NCBI RefSeq assembly: GCF_001194135.2
Contig: NC_068984.1
Coordinates: 121,082,379-121,114,721 of the forward strand
DNA from: Octopus bimaculoides
Taxonomy: Eukaryota
Direction: 5' to 3'
DNA: 32,343 nt
Shown in pieces: positions 10,880 to 21,325 of the stretch. The notes below the pieces were generated by a model. It was not told where the DNA came from and made no database searches. It saw only the letters and a program-made list of their open reading frames with translations. Numbering within the stretch: position 1 is the stretch's first letter; the number at the start of each line of letters is the position of its first letter. The translations under genes and the position numbers were made by a program.

Positions 10880-11230
10880 CATATACTGTAATAAGTATTT
10901 AAAGTATATATAATAACAGTGAAAGAGAAAATTAGGAAAGCATTTGACTGAAGAATAGTATAGAGGTATCAGACTGAGATTAAACCTCAAACTCAAGGTC
11001 AGATATAAGATAATAGACAGAAATGCACAAGGTATGTCAATGATAAATGATATGGAATAAATTGGAAGTTAAATGAAAGCTTTAGACTGGAAAATTAGGA
11101 AACACTCATTGTATTCTAAACCAGTTCAGAGCTGATATAAATAGGTTACAGTTAGAATGCATACAGAGGAGAAAGGGGTTTGAGACAAATGATAGTAGTT
11201 TGTAAAAAAAAATAGAATACTTTGAAGAGG
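10880..11230 (+). mobile_element. Highly decayed R4/Dong-like LINE reverse-transcriptase C-terminal fragment
   Basis: Across frameshifts and stops it reads KYL…KEKIRK…YGINWKLNE/KALDWKIRK…DINRLQL…RKG, resembling the R4-clade YKYLG…KEKIKKEY…GIINW…ALDRKTRK…DVDRLYL pattern. Confidence 0.45.
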
Positions 11231-11263
11231 GTAAAGTGAATATTAAAAAAATAAAAGATAAAA

Positions 11264-11346
<83 letters not shown>
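11264..11346. repeat. (CT)n microsatellite; also (GAA)n 11883-11947 and (GAT)n 12487-12563
   Basis: Read directly. Confidence 0.95.
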
Positions 11347-11357
11347 AAGTAAATATA

Positions 11358-11484
11358 CAGGGTGTCCACAAAGTCTGGGTACATGGGGATTAACACATAC
11401 TTTAAGAAATTATTATTTCTTACATTTGATTGTTTATGTTATGATTTTATTTACTTCATGTACCCAGACCTTGTGGACACCCTG
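11358..11484. mobile_element. Tc1/mariner-type MITE, 127 bp
   Basis: TA|CAGGGTGTCCACAAAGTCTGGGTACATG … CATGTACCCAGACCTTGTGGACACCCTG|TA: 28-bp TIRs with 1 mismatch and a TA TSD. Confidence 0.9.
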
Positions 11485-11542
11485 TATATATATATGCATA
11501 TCTGTATATCATCATAATCATCATCATTATCATCATCATCAT

Positions 11543-11825
11543 CTATAAATAATATGGGTGGCTTATTAGCAATTTAACAACCTAAAGGCAAATTTATAGA
11601 CGTCACTAGAGTGACAGAGGGTACAAAGTGATACCGGCACTGTTAGAAATAAGAGTCAAACCGACTCATTAGCCACAAGAGCACTATCTTAATAAGCTGA
11701 CACGGGTGACAAAGCTTATTTCTAGCAATGCCAGTGCCACTTTGTACCCTCTGTCACTTTACTGATGTCTATGAATTTACCTTTAGGTTGTTAAATTGCT
11801 AATAAGCCACCCATATCATTTATAG
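11543..11825. mobile_element. Foldback MITE, 283 bp, with 111-bp TIRs
   Basis: 11543-11653 and 11715-11825 are near-perfect reverse complements (ctataaat[a/g]atatgggtggcttattagcaatttaacaacctaaagg…). Confidence 0.9.
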
Positions 11826-11949
11826 TTTTGAAATCAGAACATGTTTTCAATGGTTTTTCTTTATAAGTTGACAAGGTGAGTTGAAGAAGAAGAAGAAGAA
11901 GAAGAAGAAGAAGAAGAAGAAGAAGAAGAAGAAGAAGAAGAAGAAGAAT

Positions 11950-12132
11950 GGAATTGGCAAGTGGCTAGATGATATCACCAACCTCAGTATTTGACTGGTA
12001 CTTTATTTCATCATTTCCAGAGGGATGAAATTAGAAGCTAACCTTGTTTGAATTTGAACTCAGAACACAAAGAGCCAGAAGGAATACTGGAAATACTGGA
12101 AAGCATTTGCTCAATGCTCTAACAATTCAGCC
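11950..12132 (-). mobile_element. Degenerate SINE, family A
   Basis: gactggtactttatttc…gggatgaaa…gaatttgaactcagaac is the reverse complement of the core. Confidence 0.6.
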
Positions 12133-12204
12133 AAATCAAAATATGCTCATTGCACATTGCTGTACTCAAGAAGACCTGCTCACCACAACAGAGTTGATAT
12201 CCTA

Positions 12205-12488
12205 AAATCAAGGTAGAATGTAAAAAGCATTGGTGCTGGTTCCACATAAAAATCACTTGTGATGGTTCCATGTAAAAAGCACTGGTGAAGGTGACCACAT
12301 GAAAAGCACTGGTGAAGGTGGCCCCATAAAAAGCACCCAGTACACTCTGTAAAGTGATTGGTTTTTAGGAAGGTCATCAAACTGTAGAAACCAAGCCAAA
12401 ACAGATTATGGAACTTAGTGCAGTCCCTGGCCTTTGCCAGCTCCTGTCAAGCCATCCAACACATGCCAGTGTGGCAGATAGATGTTAA

Positions 12489-12563
<75 letters not shown>
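12205..12563 (+). mobile_element. Family C repeat with internal ~29-bp tandem units (aaaagcactggtgaaggtg…) and (GAT)n tail
   Basis: Tandem units are visible at 12222-12340. The 3' part is homologous to 10511-10679. Confidence 0.65.
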
Positions 12564-12564
<1 letters not shown>

Positions 12565-12799
12565 GGGTGGTGATGATGATGATGATGATGGTGATGGTGA
12601 TGGTGATGATGATGATGAGGATGAGGAGGAGGAGGAGGAGGAGGAGGATTGTCATGATGATGATGTTCATGTTCATGATCATGATTGTGAAGATGATCAT
12701 GATCATGATATGACTAAAGTCTAGAAAGGACTAAGCAACTGATATATATATGTTGTGTATCATAAACTATTAAATTCACAATATCCTTTTACTTTTCAG

Positions 12800-12904
12800 T
12801 TAGTAACCTTATTCAGTGCCCCGAACTACTGTGGCGAGTTTGACAATGCAGCAGCAGTGCTCATTATTGATGCAGATCTTACCTGTTCATTCAAGATATT
12901 GCCA
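12800..12904 (+). CDS. PP1: PP1-like phosphatase exon ([35 protein letters not shown])
   Basis: Acceptor ccttttacttttcag| and donor CCA|gtaagt. 105 nt. Contains the PP1-type [11 protein letters not shown] beta12-beta13 loop. Confidence 0.97.
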
Positions 12905-13149
12905 GTAAGTAATTTCAGAATGTAAGCCTTTTAATTTTTTTGATGTCACCCTACTCACATTGAAACCACACTGGTTCAATGATGCAAACTTCCTAATTTT
13001 ACCCCTTAGCATTCAAACTGGCTATGATAGGCCCAAACATTCTACTTGTTTGAAGTTCAAATTGGCCAGATCAAGTCTCTACCACCTACTCTATTATGTC
13101 ATTCTAAAAGTAGACAATCGCATCACCAAAATTTGGAAGTTACAAGATA

Positions 13150-13575
13150 GGTGCAGGAGTGGCTGTGTGGTAAGTAGCTTGCTTACTAACCACATGGTTC
13201 CGGGTTCAGTCCCACTGCATGGCACCTTGGGCAAGTGTCTTCTACTATAGCCTCGGGCTGACCAAAGCCTTGTGAGTGGATTTGGTAGACGGAAACTGAA
13301 AGAAGCCCGTCGTATATATGTATATATATATATATGTGTATGTGTGTGTGTATGTTTGTGTGTCTGTGTTTGTCCCCTTAGCATTGCTTGACAACCGATG
13401 CTGGTGTGTTTATGTCCCTGTCGCTTAGCATTTCGGCAAAAAGAGACCGATAGAATAAGAACTAGGCTTACAAAGAATAAGTCCCAGGGTCGATTTGCTC
13501 GACTAAAGGCGGTGCTCCAGCATGGCCACAGTCAAATGACTGAAACAAGTAAAAGAGAATAAAAGAGTAAAAGAG
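13150..13575 (+). mobile_element. Full-length tRNA-derived SINE, family B, nested in a piggyBac-like MITE
   Basis: Head GTGGCTGTGTGGTAAG…GGTTCAGTCCC (A/B-box-like), internal (TA)/(TG) tract and (GTAAAAGA)-like tail. The flanks join to match MITE 3313-3532. Confidence 0.85.
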
Positions 13576-13914
13576 ATAATGCATGGTTAACTAAAAACAA
13601 TATGAATAAATAAGCATTGTTAATTTGTCAACAACTGTACACAAGTATTATGTTGTCAATCCTAGAAGAATGAAGTAAAAAGTTCAGCACAGAGAGTTTT
13701 GAACGTAGATTGTAATGGGACATAGCAGAAGACCAAAAGAAATTTCATACAACGTTTTACTGAAGAATGGAATAGATGGTCTTTAGTAAAAAAAAAGACA
13801 CATGTATGCACCTACATATGTGTGTCTATGTATGAATATATCTATGTGCAGATGTACGGATGTATAAGTGGGTCAAAAGTCATGCACCAGAAACATTTGA
13901 TGTTTTATTAATAA

Positions 13915-13936
13915 TACATTATTATCATTATTATTA

Positions 13937-13989
<53 letters not shown>

Positions 13990-14000
13990 CATTATTATTA

Positions 14001-14043
<43 letters not shown>

Positions 14044-14757
14044 GCTTGACTTTTGCTTTGTATTTGTACAAGTTGACTCCAAGTCTCACCCAGAGACCTC
14101 AAGAGACAAGTTAGAAGTTTATGTTGGTGTTAAGCCTAGGGTGTCATATATTTGGTTTTGTACATAGAATTGTTCTATAGAATGTTTAAGAAAACATAAG
14201 AAAATTATAAGTTTGTTTTAAAATTTGAGATTACATAGACAGCATTTTACGTAGGATATGGGCAGTTCCCATGAGCACTATCTTTTGAATTTCTGCCATT
14301 TTGGGGTTCCCTGATATCTGAGCTAGGTAGGAATCAGCCCCTTTTGCTATCATTCCAAGGGCACCTATGACAATCGGTATTGTTTTAGTCTTGAGGTTCC
14401 ACATTTTGCCAATTTCTATTTCAAAATCTTTATACTTGCTCAGTTTTTGGTAGGTCTTGACAGATACACTTATGTTGATTGGGACAGTCATATCAATGAG
14501 GAGACATGATCTTTGTCTGAAGTCCTTCAATATAATGTCTGGCCTATTCACATCTCTCTATCTGTTAGTTTGAATGGTGAAGTTCCAGAGGAGTGAGATC
14601 ATTTTCAAGCATGAGAGGTGGTTTGTGTTCCCACCAGTTTTTATCATGGGGCAGGTCCAGGTTTTTGCAAATTACCCAGTGAATATACTGTGCTACTCTA
14701 TCATGCCTGTTGAGATACTCCGTAGGTGCAAGAAGACTGCACATGAAGGCAACATGA
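13915..14757 (-). mobile_element. 5'-truncated R4/Dong-clade non-LTR retrotransposon (CCHC knuckle part + REL endonuclease) with (TAA)n tail
   Basis: Minus-strand peptides DHVAFMCSLLAPTEYLNRHDRVAQYIHWVIC and NRPDIILKD…LLIDMTVP…KLSKYKD…IPIVIGALG, with a frameshift and stop between them. The 3' UTR runs into (TAA)n at 13915-14041. Confidence 0.85.
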
Positions 14758-15218
14758 TCTGAGTTCAACTTTGCCTTTAACCCTTTTGGGGTTGATAAAT
14801 TAAGTACCAGTGAAACACTGAGATTGATGTAATTGACTAGTCCCCACCCCCAAATATCAGGTCTTTTGCCTTTAGCAAAAAGGATTATTATTATTATTAT
14901 TATAATCCATAAGGTGGCGAGCTGGCAGAATTGTTAGCATGCCAGGCAAAATGCTTAGCAGCCTGTCACTATGTTCTGAGTTCAAATTCCGCCGAGGTCG
15001 ACTTTGATTTTCATCCTTTTGGGCTTGGTAAATTAAGAACCAGGTATTTTGTCTCTTGCTACATTCTGAGTTCAAATTCCACCGAGGTCGACTCTGCTTT
15101 GATCCTTTCAGAGTCAATAAAGTACAAGTGAAACACTGGGATTGATGTAATCTGCTAGTCTCCTCTCCAAAATTTCAGGCCTTGTGCCTATAGTAGAAAG
15201 GATTATTATTGTTATTAT
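14758..15218 (+). mobile_element. Tandem family A SINEs: truncated copy 14758-14902 and full copy 14913-15218 with duplicated core
   Basis: ggtggcgagctggcagaattgttagc head, two ttctgagttcaaattcc[g/a]ccgaggtcgact cores and (ATT)n tails. Confidence 0.85.
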
Positions 15219-15377
15219 TCATTTTTTCCGTGTGTCTTCATCATTGTTTTGTTTATTTTAATTCAATTTTAGAAAAACTAAAGTTATGCTTTGACAATTT
15301 CAGAGCATATTGAAATTATTTTGCACGTGATGTTTGGCCCACTCTGCATATAAATTATTGTTTTTGTATTCTTTCAG

Positions 15378-15425
15378 CCTACCAAAGGAAAAACATATTT
15401 TGTAGACCAGAAAAGCAAGAAGTAG
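15378..15425 (+). CDS. PP1: Probable terminal coding exon of the PP1-like gene (PTKGKTYFVDQKSKK*)
   Basis: Strong acceptor tttttgtattctttcag|. Phase 0 continues KILP-P as in PP1 ILKPA, giving a Lys-rich tail and TAG at 15423-15425. Sequence beyond the first residues is not conserved, so this exon is less certain. Confidence 0.7.
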   Translation, partial: PTKGKTYFVDQKSKK

Positions 15426-15670
15426 TATAATTTAATAATAATGATCTATATTATGCAAGGTAGTACCTTAAAACATACCCACACAGTCCAAAATGGAACC
15501 TCCCAAAAAACAGCACCGAATCCCTGCTCACCTGGTGAAACCAAAAACAGGACTATTCTTTACAACTTTTTTCAGTTATTTTACTTTATACTTATTTTTA
15601 TCCTCCAACCCAAAACCTCATTACATATTTTTACACTTTGCTGTTGTTATTTGTTTGTGTGTTCTTTTCT

Positions 15671-15676
15671 AATAAA
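15671..15676 (+). promoter_or_regulatory. Candidate polyadenylation signal AATAAA (alternative at 16002-16007)
   Basis: First AATAAA hexamers downstream of the PP1-like stop. The region is AT-rich, so chance occurrence is likely. Confidence 0.3.
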
Positions 15677-16064
15677 TATTTTTATCTTTTTTCTTAACAT
15701 ACATATGCAGCCACATTATTTTACATAATGATTTTATATCTATTTCACCACACCATCATTGTTATTGTGCTAAATCCACTCCCTCCTTCCCATACACACA
15801 CATACAGACACACACAAGCACACATACACACACAAACGTATGTATGTATACATACTTATATTCTATATTTTGCGTTAACAATGCTGCAAATAGTTTCACA
15901 TGGAAAGACTGCAATTTTTGAAGTGTTCATCTTAAGAATGTTGGTAATCACCCAGCATGTTGGGTGAGACTACCATCCACTGGTAGCAATGTTAATCAAC
16001 TAATAAAGAATACAGTTTACACCAAAAGTGGTACTGAAGACTCATTTCTCACTGATCACCATTA

Positions 16065-16480
16065 TTGTATAAGTACATATGTATAAATTCATACATACAT
16101 ACATACATACATACATACAAACATATATGTATGTGTATGTAAGTATGTATGTATGCATGTATGTATGTATACATACACACATGCACATAGACATACATAC
16201 ACATGCTCATATATATACATATATATATGTATATGTTTATATATATATGTATATATATGTATATATATGTGTGCATATGTATATATATGTATATATATAT
16301 ATGCATATGTATATATATACACATCCACATATATACAAGTATATGCATACATGCATATATACATACATAAACGCATATATGCACTCATATATACATATAT
16401 ATATTTGTGTATAAATATACATGTGTCTACATATATATGTGTACTTGTATATATATATATATATATGTATATATAATACA
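16065..16480. repeat. Compound (TACA)/(TATG)/(TA) microsatellite; similar tracts at 17690-17940, 19395-19495, 19700-19840, 24090-24240, 24420-24685, 24800-24975, 25965-26200, 26550-26790
   Basis: Read directly. Confidence 0.9.
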
Positions 16481-16513
16481 AAGTAAAGTTGGGGTTACTG
16501 CACGAGTAAAGAT

Positions 16514-17685
16514 ATAAGGAAAAGTATCTGAAAATGCAGGGGTCTTTTAAAAGTATTTTTTTAAGTAAACCGGCTTCACTTAATTAAAAAGATTTTCAAA
16601 AGTAAAGTGTGAGATTTTGTCTATCCTCTGTGGTGTCAAAAATTAGTTTGCAAAAATGTATTCTAATCAAGTGATAGAGTCTTTGACAATGGTAAGAAAA
16701 GTTTTGAGGCATTTTGTATGCTCTGTGATGAGTCAAATCATAGTTTAAATAAAAACAATCAAATCAGGTAATAAAATTTCTTTTATAATGATAAGAAGAA
16801 AAAATTAGTTTACATGAATATATCTTTATCATGTAATAGAGTCTTTGATAAGGAGATAAAATATGTGTATCCTCTGTGATGAGTCAAGAAATAATCTACA
16901 TAAAAACATTCAGATCAGGTAATGAAATTTTTTTTATAATGATAAGAAAATGAAAATTAGTGTATATGAATATATCCCGATCAAGTAAAAGAGTCTTTGT
17001 CAAGAAGATGAAATATGTAACTGACCATTTAAAGTTTTCGGTTTTGGCTTCTCAGGGTCTTGTATCTGGCTGGAGTTTTGCTGCTATAAACAGAGTTGCA
17101 ATTCTTCTGTATAAAATCTTCCTCTTTTCCGAAAATGATAAATGTTGTGACCATCAGCCATCCGCACTGTTTTTACACCTGAAAATGAATACTGGATGAC
17201 AATGGCATTTAAGCGATATATTATTAACATACATCATTTTGGATAAAAGGAAGATTTTATACAGAATAATTGTAACTCTGTTTATAACTGCAAAACTCCA
17301 GCCAGATGCAAGACCCTTAGAAACCAGATCCGAGAACTTTAAATGGTATGTAACATATATTATCTCCTTGTGAAAGACTCTATTACTTGATTGAGATATG
17401 TTCATGTAAACTAATTTTTTCTTTTTATCGTTATACAAAAATTTTATTACCTGATCTGAATGTATTTATGTAAACTATTTTTTGTCTCATCACAGAGGAT
17501 ACACAAAGCCTCAAACATTTTTTTTTCATTTGATTTGAATACATTTTTGTAAACTAATTTTTGACACCACAGAGGATACACAAAATCTCACACTTTATTT
17601 TTGAAAATCATTTTCATTAAGTGAAACCGGTTAAGTTAATAAATACTTTTAAAAGACTCCTGCATTTTCAGATTCTTTTCGTTAT
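16514..17685. mobile_element. 1.17-kb foldback element with long subrepeat-containing inverted arms
   Basis: Left arm 16514-~17146 is the reverse complement of right arm ~17226-17685. The left arm has two ~151-bp subrepeats (starting 16717 and 16868), the right arm one. Confidence 0.85.
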
Positions 17686-17771
17686 GTATATAATATACAT
17701 ACATAATATATGCATACATACATACATACATACATACATATACATACATATATATATATTCATACATATAT

Positions 17772-17869
<98 letters not shown>

Positions 17870-17894
17870 ACATATATATGCATACATACATACA

Positions 17895-17928
<34 letters not shown>

Positions 17929-18321
17929 CATACATACATATCAGTGAGGAAAAAGGAAAATATTGAATTTCCAAAGACGAAAGACTGTTGTTTGTTAAAG
18001 TTTTCTGTTTTCAAATCAAGTTAATATATGAATATAATTTTAATAAAGATGATTGTTAAATTTTCAGTCACAAAACTTTTCCATCAGACACATGCAACAA
18101 CATGCCTATGCTTTTGTGTGTGTACACGTTTGTGTCTATGTATATGTGTTGCGTGCATGTCTGTATGTATGCATAGATACTTATATGTCTGTGTACTTAT
18201 GTATATGCTTTTATATGTATGTCCGCACGCTTGTATGAATATATGTAAAGTACCATGTATCTTTACTAACATTTGTGCTTGCATTGAAAAATATAGTGTA
18301 GTTCTTTCTTTCATCTTTTAT

Positions 18322-18455
18322 TTGTTTCTGTGAATCAACTGTGGCTATGCCAGGGCACTGCCTGGGAGTGCTTTGATCGAAGAAATCAACCCAATACTTT
18401 TTTTTTTAATTCTAGTACTTATTCGATGGGTTTCTTTTGCGGAACTGCAAACAAA
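18322..18455 (-). mobile_element. SINE family B 3' fragment
   Basis: actgtggctatgccagggcactgcc…aatcaacccaatactt…tagtacttattc…ttttgcggaactgc. Confidence 0.55.
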
Positions 18456-18719
18456 CCAGCATTCTATTAATAGAGTAGAGATTACATTTTTTATCGTTAT
18501 ACTCTTTTTTGTGCTCCTCCATTTTATCAGCTATACTACAAGTTGTTTCATCTATCTGAGCTATGTAAATGACTAAATACAAAATATAAAACAGAGTATA
18601 TACACACGATTCACAACATCAAGAATATTCTAAAACAAATAAAATATATACATACATACACACATACATATATAGATACACACATACATACAAACATACA
18701 TATATATGTATATATAATA

Positions 18720-19290
18720 CAGTGTACATTTAATACACATCAGAGATGCCTATAAAAGGGCATCTGACCCGCTAGAAAGAACAGGCAAAGCTCTACATCA
18801 CAATTAGGGATAATTTCGAAAAGGAATGAAAAATAAAAACATTTACCGTCTATATTCCGAACCAGGTTTCAAGTTATTTTAGCAAAACAAATTATTTTGC
18901 AAGGCAAACTATCATCAGCGGAATAGCCTAGATCGACATGTACGCACGAGGCACTACATAGAAAACATGACTTGTGCATATATGTCTAATTTTTCAAAAA
19001 TTACCGCGCATGTGCGGTATACCTTGTCGGCAGCAAATACCAAAAAATGCCAATTTTTCAGAAATTAGCCAAAAAACATTTTATCATAATTAATAAGTCT
19101 TAGGGTAGCAAAAAATAATTTGTTTTGCTAAAATAACTTGAAACCTGGTTCGGAATATAGATGGTAAATGTTTTTATTTTTCATTCCTTTTGGAAATTAT
19201 CCCTAATTGTAGCGTAGAGTTTTGGCTGCTCTTTCTAGCGGGTCAGATGTCCTTTTATAGGCATCTCTGATGTGTATTAAATGTACACTG
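18720..19290. mobile_element. Tc1/mariner-type MITE, 571 bp, with 179-bp TIRs
   Basis: TA|CAGTGTACATTTAATACACATCAGAGATGCC… and …GGCATCTCTGATGTGTATTAAATGTACACTG|TA. Arms are 18720-18898 and 19112-19290. Confidence 0.9.
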
Positions 19291-19399
19291 TATATTATAT
19301 GAATAATATATTGTCTGTTGACTAATTTTTTTTCTCGCTAGACCACCGGTAGTAAATTGAATTTCTAAATTTTTTTGCTACCCTAAGACTTATTAATAC

Positions 19400-19451
<52 letters not shown>

Positions 19452-19461
19452 GAGAGAGGGG

Positions 19462-19495
<34 letters not shown>

Positions 19496-19740
19496 GCAAA
19501 CAGACAAATAAAATCTCCTGGGCTAGAAAACTTTCTAAAGTTTCCGTCTACACGTATAAACAATTCTCTCATAGGGTTTGGGTTGAAACAAGACTATCAT
19601 AAAAGCACTTGCCTACGATACCACATACTGCAGAATGATACATAGGACCCTGTGGCTGCAAAGCGAACTTTGTGACTGCTTATCTTCATACATATACATA
19701 CACATGCGCACGCGCGCAGACACCACGCACACACACATAC

Positions 19741-19800
<60 letters not shown>

Positions 19801-19839
19801 ATGCATGTGTGTATGTACGTGTATACACACACATATACA

Positions 19840-21323
19840 CAGGGCAACCTTGGTCCTCGAACGTCTCACATATCGAATAAATCGGTTTTCCAACAGACAA
19901 TTCGAGATGAAAATGCCTCGGTTATCGAACAAAATTTCGGTTCTCGAACCGAGCCGAACCGGGTTAACCCGAATGGAATCATTTCTGAGTCGACCGCTGT
20001 GTTGTATACATTCGTGTGTTGTACTGTTCTTTTCTTTTCCAATTTTATTGTACTGTGCCTTTTTTCTCTTCATTAGCCCTTGTCATGGCTCCAAAGAAAG
20101 CTAGCATTGATACTGGTAAAGAAAAAAGAAAAGTTGAGAGAAAAACAATTGAAGTGAAAAAAGTAATCATCGGCATAAAAATAAAATGGCATTCGTGTGT
20201 CAGATCTCGCTGTGCAGTACGGTATGCCCAAATTGACAATGTCTATTATTCTAAAAGATAAGGAAGTGATAAAAGCAGCTTATGTTGCAAAAGGAGTGAC
20301 TGTTGTTATTAATAAACAAAGACCAAAGATGCTCGAAAAAGTGGAAAAGTTATTGCTTATTTTTTATAAATAAGAAACAGTTAGCAAGTGACAGCATCAG
20401 TGAAGCATTTATTTGTGAGAAAGCATTAAAAATTTATTATGATCTAGTAAAACAAAAACTCTGGTGCAAGTGCTGAATGTGATATTTTTAAATTCAAAGC
20501 TAGTAGAGGATGGTTCGAGAAATTTAAGAAGCGATGTGAAATACACAGTGTAATTAAGCATGGAGAGGCGGCAAGTTCAAACAAGGAAGCAGCTGAGAAT
20601 CTTGTGATATCCTGCATTGTGTTAATCTTATTGATAATGCATGGAACCAAGTGAGTAACAGAACTTTGAATTCAGCATGGAGGAAACTTTCGCCAGACTG
20701 TGTACCAGAACGAGACTTTGAGGGGTTTGAGACTGCTACAAGTACTGCCGCTGTCGAGGAAATTGCTATTGTTGATGATATTGTCTCTATAGGAAAAACT
20801 ATGGGCTTCGATGTCGACAGTGAAGATATTGGAGAACTGGTGGAAGACCACCGTACTGAGCTTATCACCGAAGAGCTCGTACACCCTCAAAATGAACAGC
20901 AAAAGACTTTGGCTGAGGAAATGTTTTCTGGGGAAGAGGATGTTCCAAGTTCTTTAATTAAAGCAATTTGTGCTAAATAGGGTGATGTGCAAAATTTTGA
21001 GGAAAAATATGACCCTGATGCAGTGGTAGCAAATAGTGCAGTAAACCTTTTCAATGACAATGTCATGTCTCATTTTAGAAAAAATTTACAACGCAGGCAA
21101 AAAAGCAACTAACATTGGAGAGGTTTTTAATGGAAAAAAAGAAAAGAAACCCCAGAGAAAGATTTACCTGAGCCAAAGAGACAGAGAAGGGAAGAAACCC
21201 CCAAAAGACAGTTACCAGGAGTTTTTATGGAAGGGGACTCTCCTTCTAAGTAACAACACACTCGAACAATTCGGTTTTAGAACAGACTTTCAGAACAAAT
21301 GGTCGAGAACCGAGGTTGCTCTG
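19840..21323 (+). mobile_element. Internally deleted Tigger/pogo DNA transposon (transposase pseudogene from ATG 20085)
   Basis: TIRs CAGGGCAACCTTGGTCCTCGA / TCGAGAACCGAGGTTGCTCTG|TA. Peptides MAPKKAS…RKTIEVKK (HTH), FKASRGWFEKFKKR…HGEAAS (CENP-B-type HTH) and TLNSAWRKL…ELITEEL (C-terminus). The DDE domain is missing. Confidence 0.9.
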
Positions 21324-21325
21324 TA

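Noticed and set aside
13150-13225. tRNA-like sequence (also 860-918 and SINE heads elsewhere)
   Set aside because: These are A/B-box SINE heads continuing into SINE bodies, and no complete cloverleaf is present.
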